Under the pieces are notes generated by a model. That model saw nothing but the letters and a program-made list of their open reading frames with translations, searched no databases and had not been told where the DNA came from. DNA of 64,000 nucleotides from the NCBI GenBank assembly GCA_020725805.1, contig DYEF01000072.1:148-64147 (forward strand). The letters are read 5' to 3'. Shown in pieces: positions 9,890-19,566 of the stretch. The DNA comes from Bdellovibrio sp. (lineage in GTDB: Bacteria > Myxococcota > SpSt-1050). Every line of letters starts with the position of its first letter. Position 1 is the stretch's first letter. The position numbers and the translations under genes are program-made.

Positions 9890-9950
9890 AGACCTGACTT
9901 CTATTGATTTAAGTAAAGTAGCTGCTATAATCAGGGATAATATGAATAAG
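9890..9950 (+). repeat. 61-bp direct repeat copy 1, contains a promoter
   Basis: AGACCTGACTTCTATTGATTTAAGTAAAGTAGCTGCTATAATCAGGGATAATATGAATAAG; 58/61 identical to 11279-11339; TTGATT, 16-bp spacer, TATAAT with extended -10 TG. Confidence 0.9.
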
Positions 9951-10220
9951 ACAATATATACATTTTCGGAGACGTATGAGAACAAGGTAACATTTACAGG
10001 TCTACCATTGAACAATAATGATTTTGGAGTAAAGATGGTATACCTTGATGTGAGAGGATTTAATTATTTTTACAATATGGCTCTTAATAATATTTGGCTG
10101 AAGATATTTCTCCCCAAAGAGGCAAAGAATCACCCATATCCATCTGGCTCACAGCCAAATACACCAAATTGGTATTATTACTGGCAAATTCCTATGTGCC
10201 TGACACTCGTATTCCCTTGA
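9942..10220 (+). pseudogene. Probable gene fragment (92 aa, PNWYYYW motif)
   Basis: ATG supplied by the repeat; no signal peptide; reads like an internal piece of a larger protein; AT-rich. Confidence 0.4.
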
Positions 10221-10234
10221 TTAGGAGGTATAGT

Positions 10235-11086
10235 TTGAATAGAATGATTTTTACTTTTTCTTTTTTAATCATCTTTACAATTAATGGTTATGGTAAATAT
10301 TGGAGGACAGATTCTTGTGAGGTTGAGACGGCAAGCGAGATAAATGCAGAGATAAGTGTGAATGTTGAATTGAAAGATGGTTGGTATGAATATACATACA
10401 ATGTAAAAAATCTATCAACAAGTAAGTGGAAGATATCATTTTTATGGCTTCATACAAAAGATATTTACAATCGCTGTGATTTCACCAATTTAAGTTATTA
10501 TTCAAGCCCAGATGAAGATTTGCCAATTGAACCTAAAAACGAAAATCTCCCCGATATAAGCACTACAGGAACAAAGGAATCAAAAGATATAGGATCTTCA
10601 ATCGGGTGGCTATTTAGAGATATTCTAAAACCCGGTTCAGATAAAGTTATTTTTGTAAAGACAAAGCTATTACCTACGATTAGTGATTATTATATTAGAG
10701 GACCTGCATATATAAGATGTGAATATGGAACAGCTGGGGGATTTTATGATGGATATGACAATGAAACTCCCTATGGACCCGGCGTTGTTGGGAAGACACT
10801 TGTGCCCGGAAAGTTCTCTGATAACAAATTTGCTCATATAAAGAAGCTAAAAGAGGAGTTAGAGAAGGCAGTAAAGATAAAATGGATTAAAGACAAAAGC
10901 AGTTATGAGGCATTGATAAAGGTATTAGATGAATTTGAGAATCTGATAAAGAGTGGGATTGGAGCAAGAGAGAAGGCAGAGGGATTAGTGGAGAGGGTAA
11001 AGGTATTGAGGGATAAGGGATTGATAAAAGATGAGGTATATCAGATGATGAAAGTGCACTTTCTTTATCTCTCAAAGAATAAGTAA
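10235..11086 (+). CDS. Exported hypothetical protein (beta-rich N-terminus, helical C-terminus)
   Basis: AGGAGG at 10223-10228 precedes in-frame TTG 10235 (or ATG 10244), giving a signal peptide; A-rich codon usage unlike neighbours. Confidence 0.7.
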   Translation: MNRMIFTFSFLIIFTINGYGKYWRTDSCEVETASEINAEISVNVELKDGWYEYTYNVKNLSTSKWKISFLWLHTKDIYNRCDFTNLSYYSSPDEDLPIEPKNENLPDISTTGTKESKDIGSSIGWLFRDILKPGSDKVIFVKTKLLPTISDYYIRGPAYIRCEYGTAGGFYDGYDNETPYGPGVVGKTLVPGKFSDNKFAHIKKLKEELEKAVKIKWIKDKSSYEALIKVLDEFENLIKSGIGAREKAEGLVERVKVLRDKGLIKDEVYQMMKVHFLYLSKNK

Positions 11087-11278
11087 AATGCTATATGTCT
11101 TTCCCAAAATACTTTGAAAGTACTCTGTACTTAACGCCAGAGATACGTTGCAAATTTAACAAGCTATGAGAACGAGTATTCATCCTCTGGTTGTAATTCA
11201 CACCTGAAATTGTAGTCTCAAATCCATCTGAAAATGATAACATCGAAAATCCACCAGTACAGCTACACAGAACAGCAC

Positions 11279-11339
11279 AGACCTGACTTCTATTGATTTA
11301 AGTAAAGTAACTGCTATAATCAGGGAAAATATTAATAAG
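11279..11339 (+). repeat. 61-bp direct repeat copy 2
   Basis: 3 mismatches to 9890-9950, one changing ATG to ATT. Confidence 0.9.
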
Positions 11340-11426
11340 TGATTTTTACTGCTCACATTGTAGAGTGGAGAGGAATAATTAATAGCAAATATTGAAAGTC
11401 TCAAGTACCAGACAGTTTTACTGACT

Positions 11427-13382
11427 TCAGTATATTTCCTTTATGTCAACTTTTATTTTTGCTCTGATATAATCGTTTTCAATACTAAATGTATAATCCC
11501 GTAGCTCTACATAATTTTCGAATGAAATCAGTTCCTGATGTATATCAAATGACCACTCCTTTATACCAAACCTCGGATAATAATCTACCTCCAGGAGCTT
11601 GAGCTTCAAATATAGTTTATCCATCTCATTGAAAACGGGACCATCAAATAATGTTATACCTGTTGTCTTTGTCTCGTCCTGATTCATAGTAAAGAGATCT
11701 GAACTTCTGTGCTCGACCGTTGCTATATGAACAGGCGCATCAATTTTGTACTGGTTTTTGATATACGGATTATATCTGACCTCTACCTGAGCAGATATCT
11801 CTGCCGGAGGAGAGCCGTGCTCACCGTCGAGCGGTTTGTGATTCTCCCTGTCCTTTTTCAGATACACTTCATCAAGAGTAACTATTACCTTCCTATTATG
11901 AAAGAGTGCAGCCGTTGCAAGAATGCCTGCCCCATCGGTCTCAGGAAGTGTCATATGGTCAACATAATTATAGGAGTGTGAGGCGGTAATCTTTTCATCC
12001 TCCTTTGTAAAGAATGCACCCGAATCCTTCTGGTTATGGAAATATTCGTCGAGTGTATACATAATTCCGTCATTCGGTTCATCACCGGGATTGTTCAGGT
12101 CCAGAAGTGCAATATTTAATGCCTCCTTGATCTTCGGGTCCGTTGCCGCATAGTGATTGATGTATATCCCCGACAGAAGCGGTGAATTCCCTTCGTATAA
12201 TTTGTGGTCCCATACTGCTGCATAATCCATAACAAAATCAGGATGCATAACGACAAAATCGGACAATTCCAGACCAATCAGTTTTGCAGTATCCTGTACC
12301 TTGGGGTTGTCATACAATCTCGCAAGTCTCGCCCCGGCAATCACTCCCGCACTTGTAAACCATTTCACTATTCTGTTGTCTGTTGCAAGATTCTCAATGT
12401 CGTTCTCAATCATATATCTTGAGATGAGACACCCCATCGAGTGACAGGCAAGATTTACATTTGTTGCTCCGGTCTGATTTAGCTTATACTTGATGAATTT
12501 TGCAACAATTAAGGCATATCTGTGAAGAGCTGTTTCTTTGTCGTACGGGTATTTTTCAATCTCGTCGATATCGCTCTGGGTCAGGTAATCAGCGGGGACT
12601 GCACCATAGTATTCAACGCTCGTCAGCTGAACAGGTGATACTTTCCCTTCCTGAGTATCACTGCAGGGTCTGTTTATTCCGAAAAACTGTAATTTTTCTT
12701 CTATGCCGGAACATCCCCGGTCTTTACCGTATACCATTGTTTTAATGTCTTCAGGTTTTTTATTATAAAATCCGTGGACCCATACCGTTATTGTATTCTC
12801 TCCATCATATCTTTTTGAGTTCTTGAATTCATACGGCTTACGGCAGTCGGCAGGACACTTTTTATCATCCTCGCATATAGAGCAGTAGCCATCTGCGCAT
12901 TCACTCCATCTGTCAGGGTCGAGAGTCGGTGCCACGCACTGGTTCAGGACACAAAGCCCGCCGGGACAGGTCTCGGGCTTTTTCGGGTCGCAGCTGTAAT
13001 CGAACTGTGTAGTCTCTTTACAGGATATATCCGTTATCGCATCGTCTGAGAAAAAAATATCTCCCGCTCCTGTATCCCGTATCTCTTCTGATGTATCGGC
13101 AGATATATCCGGTAATTCCACAAAGTCTATTGATATATCTCTTATCTCGTAAACGTCGCTCTCATTACTGATATCTTCGTAATCTGAATCAGAGATTGTG
13201 TCCTCTGCTATGTCTGTAATATCCGTTGTATCCTTTATAATTATGTCCTGAATACTGCTGTCCGGAATAATACTTGTATCAAATACCGGAATGTCCGGGG
13301 TCTGCTCCTGCGTATTCTCGCTGCAGTTTATAGATAAAAAGATGAAAAAGAGAGAAGACAGAATTATCCTTAGATTTTTCAT
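11427..13382 (-). CDS. Lipoprotein with lipase/esterase-type alpha/beta hydrolase domain
   Basis: Lipobox-like SINC, long Asp-rich linker, Cys-rich segment; VWVHGF, CHSMG nucleophile elbow, NDGIM, DH. Confidence 0.75.
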   Translation of the reverse strand: MKNLRIILSSLFFIFLSINCSENTQEQTPDIPVFDTSIIPDSSIQDIIIKDTTDITDIAEDTISDSDYEDISNESDVYEIRDISIDFVELPDISADTSEEIRDTGAGDIFFSDDAITDISCKETTQFDYSCDPKKPETCPGGLCVLNQCVAPTLDPDRWSECADGYCSICEDDKKCPADCRKPYEFKNSKRYDGENTITVWVHGFYNKKPEDIKTMVYGKDRGCSGIEEKLQFFGINRPCSDTQEGKVSPVQLTSVEYYGAVPADYLTQSDIDEIEKYPYDKETALHRYALIVAKFIKYKLNQTGATNVNLACHSMGCLISRYMIENDIENLATDNRIVKWFTSAGVIAGARLARLYDNPKVQDTAKLIGLELSDFVVMHPDFVMDYAAVWDHKLYEGNSPLLSGIYINHYAATDPKIKEALNIALLDLNNPGDEPNDGIMYTLDEYFHNQKDSGAFFTKEDEKITASHSYNYVDHMTLPETDGAGILATAALFHNRKVIVTLDEVYLKKDRENHKPLDGEHGSPPAEISAQVEVRYNPYIKNQYKIDAPVHIATVEHRSSDLFTMNQDETKTTGITLFDGPVFNEMDKLYLKLKLLEVDYYPRFGIKEWSFDIHQELISFENYVELRDYTFSIENDYIRAKIKVDIKEIY

Positions 13383-13449
13383 AATTTCACCTCGTTGTAA
13401 TATATTATAAGATATCAGTGTTGTTAATTCAAATGCAAAATGCCTTGCG

Positions 13450-13875
13450 CTATTTCTCCTGCGTGGCGATACCGATTTTCATAATCCCTGCCTGTCTAGC
13501 CATATCCATAAGCTCGACAACCTTGCCGTGCTGGGCGACTCTGTCCGCCTGAATTACGAGCATCAGGTCAGCAGATTTCTTTGACTCATTCTTAAAGTAT
13601 TCGAGCAGTTCATCGGATGAATATTTTTTATTCGAGATGCTGAATATCCCGTTTTTGTCGACCGAGACATTGATGGATTTCTTCTCCTGAGGAATCTCCC
13701 TCGCGGAAGCCTTAGGGAGGTCTACGTCGAATCCCGAATTGCTCTTAAGGGACGGGGCAAAGGAGGCAGAGAGGGTATAAAAGATTATCAGCATAAAGGC
13801 CACATCCACGAGGTTGGTTACATCGATTCTCGTCTCGTCCCTGAACTTTGAATTCCTGCCTGACCTGAAATTCAT
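13450..13875 (-). CDS. exbD: Biopolymer transport protein ExbD/TolR
   Basis: IDVTNLVDVAFMLIIF TM, VDLPKA, IQADR..HGKVVELMD. Confidence 0.92.
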   Translation of the reverse strand: MNFRSGRNSKFRDETRIDVTNLVDVAFMLIIFYTLSASFAPSLKSNSGFDVDLPKASAREIPQEKKSINVSVDKNGIFSISNKKYSSDELLEYFKNESKKSADLMLVIQADRVAQHGKVVELMDMARQAGIMKIGIATQEK

Positions 13876-13878
13876 TGC

Positions 13879-14496
13879 TCAACTCCTTTTGCGGGAAATA
13901 ATACTTTCCTTCAGTCTCTCCGATTCCTGTTCGAGTCTCAACGTCTTTCTGTCGACCCGTGATATCAGATACCTGTATCCTACGTATGATGGAACCGCAA
14001 CGATGAGACCGGCCGCCGTTGTAATGAGTGCCTCCCAGATACCTGCTGCCACAAATCTGTGGTCTCCGATACCCCTTATGGCAACCTGATGAAACATCCT
14101 TATCATTCCGGTTACGGTCCCCAGAAGTCCCAGAAGCGGGGATATCGTGGCAACGAGACCAAGAATCGATATATTCTTCTCCAGTTCGGCAATCTCGTTC
14201 TTACCCTGATTCTCAATATACTTTTCGAGGTTGGGATTATCTATGTGAGTCAGTGCGGCAACAGCTATATTGGCTATGGAACTTTTATTCTCCCTGCTCA
14301 TTGCCAGTGCCTCTTCTGTCTTATTCTCGTTTATCAGATTGAGGAGCTGATTGTAGAACTCTTCCGGCAGAACGTATTTATTTCTGGTTGACCAGAGCCT
14401 TTCCAGAAAAATTGCGAGTGAAAGGACCGAACATATCAGTATTGCAACGGTTACCCACCCGCCCTTTTCGTACATAAATATCAGTGATTCAAACAT
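13879..14496 (-). CDS. exbB: MotA/TolQ/ExbB proton channel protein
   Basis: SPLLGLLGTVTGMI, GIWEALITTAAGLIVAVP. Confidence 0.92.
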   Translation of the reverse strand: MFESLIFMYEKGGWVTVAILICSVLSLAIFLERLWSTRNKYVLPEEFYNQLLNLINENKTEEALAMSRENKSSIANIAVAALTHIDNPNLEKYIENQGKNEIAELEKNISILGLVATISPLLGLLGTVTGMIRMFHQVAIRGIGDHRFVAAGIWEALITTAAGLIVAVPSYVGYRYLISRVDRKTLRLEQESERLKESIISRKRS

Positions 14497-14508
14497 AAAT
14501 CCTCCGTT

Positions 14509-14991
14509 TTATCTGATCTGATTGATAATATCTTTGCTGATATTTCCGGTATGAATGAAGAACCTCTTTTCTCTTTTGTTTATCAGAACCGATGTAGGGA
14601 TGGTCGTAATTTTCCCGAGCGGCCAGTCCCCGTTGATTATGTCGTTACCTGCAACCATTACCGGAAAATCAATCCCGTTGTATTCGACGAATGGTTTCAG
14701 TGTAGTCTCTTTGTTGTAGTCCATTCCGACTCCTAAAATGATGATTCTCTTTTCCGAAAGAAGATTCCTGTTCTCCAAAAAGAAGTTTATGTCGGATATG
14801 CAGGTCAAACAGTATGAACTGAAAAAATAGATTATGTATATCTCTGCGTCGAATTCCGATACTGTGGAGTATCCTCCGCCGAGCCTCTGGAACCTGTAGG
14901 AGAGGATATCTTCTTTCAGCGGTTTCCCCCCCTTGACCATAAAACAGGAGAGAGAGAGTATCAGAAATGCAGAAATAAGGAATCTGTTCAT
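14509..14991 (-). CDS. TlpA-like thioredoxin-fold (redoxin) lipoprotein
   Basis: ATG 14991 overlaps the amidase stop (ATGA); lipobox SLSC; FFSSYCLTC, IPTSVLI. Confidence 0.75.
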   Translation of the reverse strand: MNRFLISAFLILSLSCFMVKGGKPLKEDILSYRFQRLGGGYSTVSEFDAEIYIIYFFSSYCLTCISDINFFLENRNLLSEKRIIILGVGMDYNKETTLKPFVEYNGIDFPVMVAGNDIINGDWPLGKITTIPTSVLINKREKRFFIHTGNISKDIINQIR

Positions 14992-17900
14992 CTCAGAACC
15001 GAGCACCCGCATCCTGATGAGTCTGATTCCACGACAACTCCGCTGTCCTCTGGCTGTCCTGCAACGCATATCCCCTTTATGCAGACAGTCCCTGTGCCGC
15101 AGACCGAACCGATATACCATTCATTTCTCACACAGACCCTTACATTATTTCCGTCACAGACACGTTCGCCGTTCTCGCATATCTTCGTGCCGGTATCCTT
15201 TGTCTTTGCATCTTCGCCTGCATCGGCAACTCCGGTATCCTGAATAATATCTTCTGCAATTACATCATCGCTCTTTGCATCGCCCTCTTGTGTATCATCG
15301 GTCCCTGCATCAGCATCAGGATTTATAACACATTTGCCGTCTTTGCATATTTTATCTGCATCGCAGCTCTTTGTCTCGGAGAAAGTACCAGATATGGAGC
15401 ACTGTTTGTATCTTTTACTGTCGAGGCATACGCTCTCTGACGGGTTACAGCAGGTGTATTCGATTTCACGGTCGGATTTTGGAATATCCCCTGCAAGAAA
15501 GCCCGCAATCCTTTTCATTACTTCATTTCTGGTGTTTTCAAGGTAGATGGATTCGAACGGGAAACCGAAGTAAATGATTTTGTATTCTTTTGTATATAGA
15601 ACTGCCGCTGTTCCCTTGTTCTGGTCGTAGAGCAGTTCGGATTTGGAGTTGTTGGCAGTATTTATGACATCAGCATATTTTACGGGATATGTACCTTTCG
15701 TCCCGTCGTCGAAGAGGATTTCATTTATACCGGTAAATATGCTCTCCTGAACCGGTACTACCTTATATACCCCTGATGAATCCGCGGAAAATGACGCCCT
15801 CAGCCAGTCATTGAAGAACTTCTTGTCCTCTGTATCTCCCCGGTAGTCAAGGTCCCACGCTATCTCAGAGCCGCTTACAAAGAGTGAGCCTCCTTTTGAG
15901 AGGAATTCGGTTATCTTTGTCTGCTCGGGGCGGCTGAATGTCTCGTCCTTTGTGGATTCGAGTCCGCATATCCAGTCTATCATTGCATAATGGTTTGTAT
16001 CTACATCCTTTACGAAGGCCTCGTTTGTGGCACTCTCGAAGAAGTATCCGTTGTTATATAATGCCTTTGCATGAGGAATAATCCAGTTCCCCCTGTTCAT
16101 CTCGATCTGTACCGAGGCATCGAGTCTGTCGAAGGCGTTTACAATAAGTATCGGCTTCCACCCCCTGATATCCTGAATCGTGACGGCGAGAATCTGGGAA
16201 TCGAGTGATTCACCTCCGTCATTTATGGCAGTTACTTTTACGAAAACGAGACCCGGAGAGAGACAGCTCTTTTCAAACGAATTTGTGGATACGGAGGTCC
16301 CGTTGTCGAATCCGTAACCATCCTTTGACAGGTAGACCCTGTATCCGGTTGCCCCGTCGACGGATTCCCAGCTGACCCTGAGAACCCCGACAACAGGTGA
16401 TTCCGCATATATACTCTGAGGCGGCTCCGGAAGAAACGGCTTTGTACCGTTTACGAACTTTGCAATGGCCCTGTAGACGGCTCTTCCCATAAGTTTCTTG
16501 AATTTTGTATCGTGCAAGTATTCGTTGTCCTTAACGTTCGTAATGCCGTCGTGAAATGCGAGTTCGGTCAGGGCAGAGGGCATCGTCGTGCACTCCCTGA
16601 GTTCTCCGAAATTTGCAGATTTTACACCCCTGTCGGTCCAGTTAGGGTCATATTCCTTTCTTATATCAGTCATAATCTGTGTCTGGATGAGAGAGGCGAG
16701 CTCATTGGAACCGGGATAAATCTGGCCGTTGTAATAATATGTCTCGGTCCCCGTTGAGGTATTGTTGAAGGCATTTGTATGAACCGAGACATAGAGGTCT
16801 CCCTTTGCCCAGTCCGCATATTTTGGTCTGGAAACCACATCGTCGTTGTTGTCAGTGGTCAGTGCATCATATACGGAGGAGGGTGCACCTGCAAATTGTG
16901 CAAAATACCTTGCCGCCTCCTGCCACCGTGGTTTTCCGCTCGTATTACCTCCCCTTGCAATACTTCCCATTCCTCCGCCGAGCCTTATGGCATCTGCAAT
17001 TATGTAATTGCCGTCTTTGGCAGAGAGGTTACTGATTTTCATAACAGCCTTTTCGGTAAAGTAAAACGAAGGGAGATAGAACCAGGTCGGTGTGCCTGTC
17101 TTCTGGTTGATGATAAATGTCGTTTCTCCGCCGGAGTGATATACTGCCAGAGGAGTATCTTCCGCACGGTTACTACCCGGGACCCACCATAGCGAGACCC
17201 GAAAAAAACTATCCGAAGGGAGATTGATTGTGTATTCAGCTATCGAGGAAGCAGATTGTGTGCTTGTCTCGGCGACCCTGTAATTGTCGGTATACCCGCC
17301 GGGGGAGTTACCGTCTGTGAAATTACCCGTCTCCTTGTAACCCTGAGGTGATGAATTGTCCATAATGTATTCTTCGGTGCTGAAATCCCTCTCTCTTACC
17401 GAAATGACGTGTGCACCGGCCCTCTCGAGATACGGGATAAGCCAGTTGTTGCATATATCTGCCGTGAGCAGGTCCTCTATCAGTCCGTTGATATTATCCC
17501 TTTGTGTAATCCAGCCCAGATTATCGTTGTAATAGTAGCCGTGTCCCGGAGAGATTACAATCCGTTTGCCGGACAATGTCCCGTTTGGTGCGTCCTTTGA
17601 GTTGAGTTTTATAATATTGCATCCGTCTGAATCCTTGATTTTGACCTTTCTTTCTGTCCTGACTGCCTCGTCGATGGTTATAATCCTGCCTTCGTAGTAA
17701 AATCTCAGGTCGTATTTTTCTATCCCTTTCAGATGGTCCGAGAGTGTATGTATTATCTGTTTCTGCATCTCATCATACTGAACTACTTCGGAGAAATGCG
17801 GGAGTTTATTGGTCTTTAGAACCACTGTTATTGTGTTGCCTTCCGTCTTTATGCTGTAAACGGTGGCATCATCCGGCAGATATGTCTTTACTTCCTTTAC

Positions 17901-18095
17901 CTCTTTTGCAGAAGTGAGCAGAAGATTCAGGATTTTTTCTGCCCTCTTACTGATATCCTGCGGGAGATCTATCTCCTTTCTGATAGTATATGTACTGTTG
18001 CCTTTGTAGTACATAAGACTTATCTCTTCGGAGAATAAAAGTCCGGGAAGCAGGATTACTGAAGTCAATAGAAATATTCTGTACATACTCTTCAT
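14988..18095 (-). CDS. Multidomain N-acetylmuramoyl-L-alanine amidase (Amidase_3 with inserted golvesin/CBM-like domain, FN3, GCGC C-terminus)
   Basis: Signal peptide; SPGHG, IEDL, VSVHTNA, LTELAFHD; ADAIRLGGG insert; FN3-like VSW..GYRVY..VTAINDGGES; ends ESDSSGCGCSVLR. Confidence 0.85.
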   Translation of the reverse strand: MKSMYRIFLLTSVILLPGLLFSEEISLMYYKGNSTYTIRKEIDLPQDISKRAEKILNLLLTSAKEVKEVKTYLPDDATVYSIKTEGNTITVVLKTNKLPHFSEVVQYDEMQKQIIHTLSDHLKGIEKYDLRFYYEGRIITIDEAVRTERKVKIKDSDGCNIIKLNSKDAPNGTLSGKRIVISPGHGYYYNDNLGWITQRDNINGLIEDLLTADICNNWLIPYLERAGAHVISVRERDFSTEEYIMDNSSPQGYKETGNFTDGNSPGGYTDNYRVAETSTQSASSIAEYTINLPSDSFFRVSLWWVPGSNRAEDTPLAVYHSGGETTFIINQKTGTPTWFYLPSFYFTEKAVMKISNLSAKDGNYIIADAIRLGGGMGSIARGGNTSGKPRWQEAARYFAQFAGAPSSVYDALTTDNNDDVVSRPKYADWAKGDLYVSVHTNAFNNTSTGTETYYYNGQIYPGSNELASLIQTQIMTDIRKEYDPNWTDRGVKSANFGELRECTTMPSALTELAFHDGITNVKDNEYLHDTKFKKLMGRAVYRAIAKFVNGTKPFLPEPPQSIYAESPVVGVLRVSWESVDGATGYRVYLSKDGYGFDNGTSVSTNSFEKSCLSPGLVFVKVTAINDGGESLDSQILAVTIQDIRGWKPILIVNAFDRLDASVQIEMNRGNWIIPHAKALYNNGYFFESATNEAFVKDVDTNHYAMIDWICGLESTKDETFSRPEQTKITEFLSKGGSLFVSGSEIAWDLDYRGDTEDKKFFNDWLRASFSADSSGVYKVVPVQESIFTGINEILFDDGTKGTYPVKYADVINTANNSKSELLYDQNKGTAAVLYTKEYKIIYFGFPFESIYLENTRNEVMKRIAGFLAGDIPKSDREIEYTCCNPSESVCLDSKRYKQCSISGTFSETKSCDADKICKDGKCVINPDADAGTDDTQEGDAKSDDVIAEDIIQDTGVADAGEDAKTKDTGTKICENGERVCDGNNVRVCVRNEWYIGSVCGTGTVCIKGICVAGQPEDSGVVVESDSSGCGCSVLR

Positions 18096-18490
18096 ATCTC
18101 CTCCTTATCGTCGTCGAATCTGAGATTTACTGTGCTTTTGACATTGCTTCTGTATTTTGATTTTTCGGCCGGAACGAGTCTTATCTCTGTTTTGACCTCG
18201 ATGACCATTTTGGAGAGTATCCTCTGGATTTCACTGCTGATATCTATGGCTGATATATATTTCCTGATTTCATCTTTTACTGATTCTGTAATACTCTTTC
18301 TGCCCGAGTTGATCTGCTGTATTATAAAATTGATGAACTCCACGGGGATATTCCTGTCCATCAGATACTTTCTGATGGCCTCATCGGGTAGTGAGAATGA
18401 ACTGATTACAGAGTTGATAACCTTCTTCTGTGTAATATCGGCTATCCTGCTTCTGGCTTTTCTGAGCCATCCTTTCTTCTCCTGTCTCAT
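18092..18490 (-). CDS. Hypothetical protein
   Basis: 132 aa, in operon between patatin and amidase genes; 4-bp overlap with the amidase start; helical, EVKTEIRL segment. Confidence 0.7.
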   Translation of the reverse strand: MRQEKKGWLRKARSRIADITQKKVINSVISSFSLPDEAIRKYLMDRNIPVEFINFIIQQINSGRKSITESVKDEIRKYISAIDISSEIQRILSKMVIEVKTEIRLVPAEKSKYRSNVKSTVNLRFDDDKEEI

Positions 18491-18492
18491 AT

Positions 18493-19566
18493 TTACCCCT
18501 TCCTTATGCCAAGTGTCTTGTAAAGATTTTTGCGGTTCTTTTCAAGAAAATTTATGGTATCTTCGTACGATATCCTCAGAATCTCCCTGCAGTTCTCGAA
18601 GGAGAGAGGATTGTAGATAAACATCTTGAGCTGGCTGTCCTGAGGCTCGAAGAGGGAAATCCTGAGGTCGCTGTATTTTAATGAGTGTTTCCTTATGGCC
18701 TGTCTGAGTCTGTAGGTGGTTGCCATACGGATTGACTGATTGTAGATATGAAACATACCCATTTCGCTTATATTTGCACAGGATATGCCGTCTGTAAAGA
18801 AACATACGTTTCTGCCGTCATTGATTATCGGGACTATCGGATTTACGATTATTACAGAGCGGCAGTTGTATCTGACTGCAAGTCCCAGATGAGCGACATT
18901 GGCGGTCCCGCCGTCTACAAAATCCCTGCCGTTGATTCTGACTGGTTTGAAGAATACCGGGATGGCAGACGAGGCAATTATGGCTTTTGAAATGGGAATA
19001 TTATTGTAAGGCTCTTCACCGAATACGACCCGTTCGGCGGTATCTATGTCGTTTGCGGTGATGAGGAGCTTCCTTTTTAGGTCGGAAAAGCTGTTCGAAA
19101 GATTGAGTTTCTCGAACGTCCCGGTCAGAAATTTTTCGTATGGTTCAAGTGTAAAGATACCTGACGGCAGAATATTTATCAGATTGCTTACTTCTTCGGA
19201 GATATCGATGTTTTTTATAAGATTGGTATATGCATACCAGTGTTTTCTTCTTATATCCTTGAGTTTCAGAATCGTCTTTGCCCAGCCCAGAAGGTCGAAT
19301 CTGTAGACCTTCTCCCTCTTTACGGGAAAGTACGGGTCATTCTCGTCTTCCAGTGCCGAATAGAGTCTTTCTGCCCTGATGCCCTGAGTAAGGAATGCGG
19401 CTATAGATGCCCCGGCGCTTGTCCCTATATAAAGGTCGAAGTCATTGATGCTCATCCCGGGTTCGATGAATTCCTCTATGGCTCTGAGGACGCCGACTTC
19501 GTAATATGCACCGGATATGCCGCCTCCGCATAAAATGAGTGCCTTCCTTTTGGTGGATTTTTTCAT
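18493..19566 (-). CDS. Patatin-like phospholipase
   Basis: GGGISG, GTSAG, DGG motifs; start at ATG 19566 overlapping the upstream stop (TGATG). Confidence 0.9.
   Translation of the reverse strand: MKKSTKRKALILCGGGISGAYYEVGVLRAIEEFIEPGMSINDFDLYIGTSAGASIAAFLTQGIRAERLYSALEDENDPYFPVKREKVYRFDLLGWAKTILKLKDIRRKHWYAYTNLIKNIDISEEVSNLINILPSGIFTLEPYEKFLTGTFEKLNLSNSFSDLKRKLLITANDIDTAERVVFGEEPYNNIPISKAIIASSAIPVFFKPVRINGRDFVDGGTANVAHLGLAVRYNCRSVIIVNPIVPIINDGRNVCFFTDGISCANISEMGMFHIYNQSIRMATTYRLRQAIRKHSLKYSDLRISLFEPQDSQLKMFIYNPLSFENCREILRISYEDTINFLEKNRKNLYKTLGIRKG

Noticed and set aside
11186-11215. SSSGCNSHLKL reading frame as a third sorting tail
   Set aside because: No start or intact ORF, only one Cys; probably chance within a decayed region
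14992-15120. Extended N-termini in the ORF track (also 10094, 19650, 21311, 26511, 53476)
   Set aside because: Downstream starts have an RBS, stop-start coupling or signal peptides, and most avoid long overlaps
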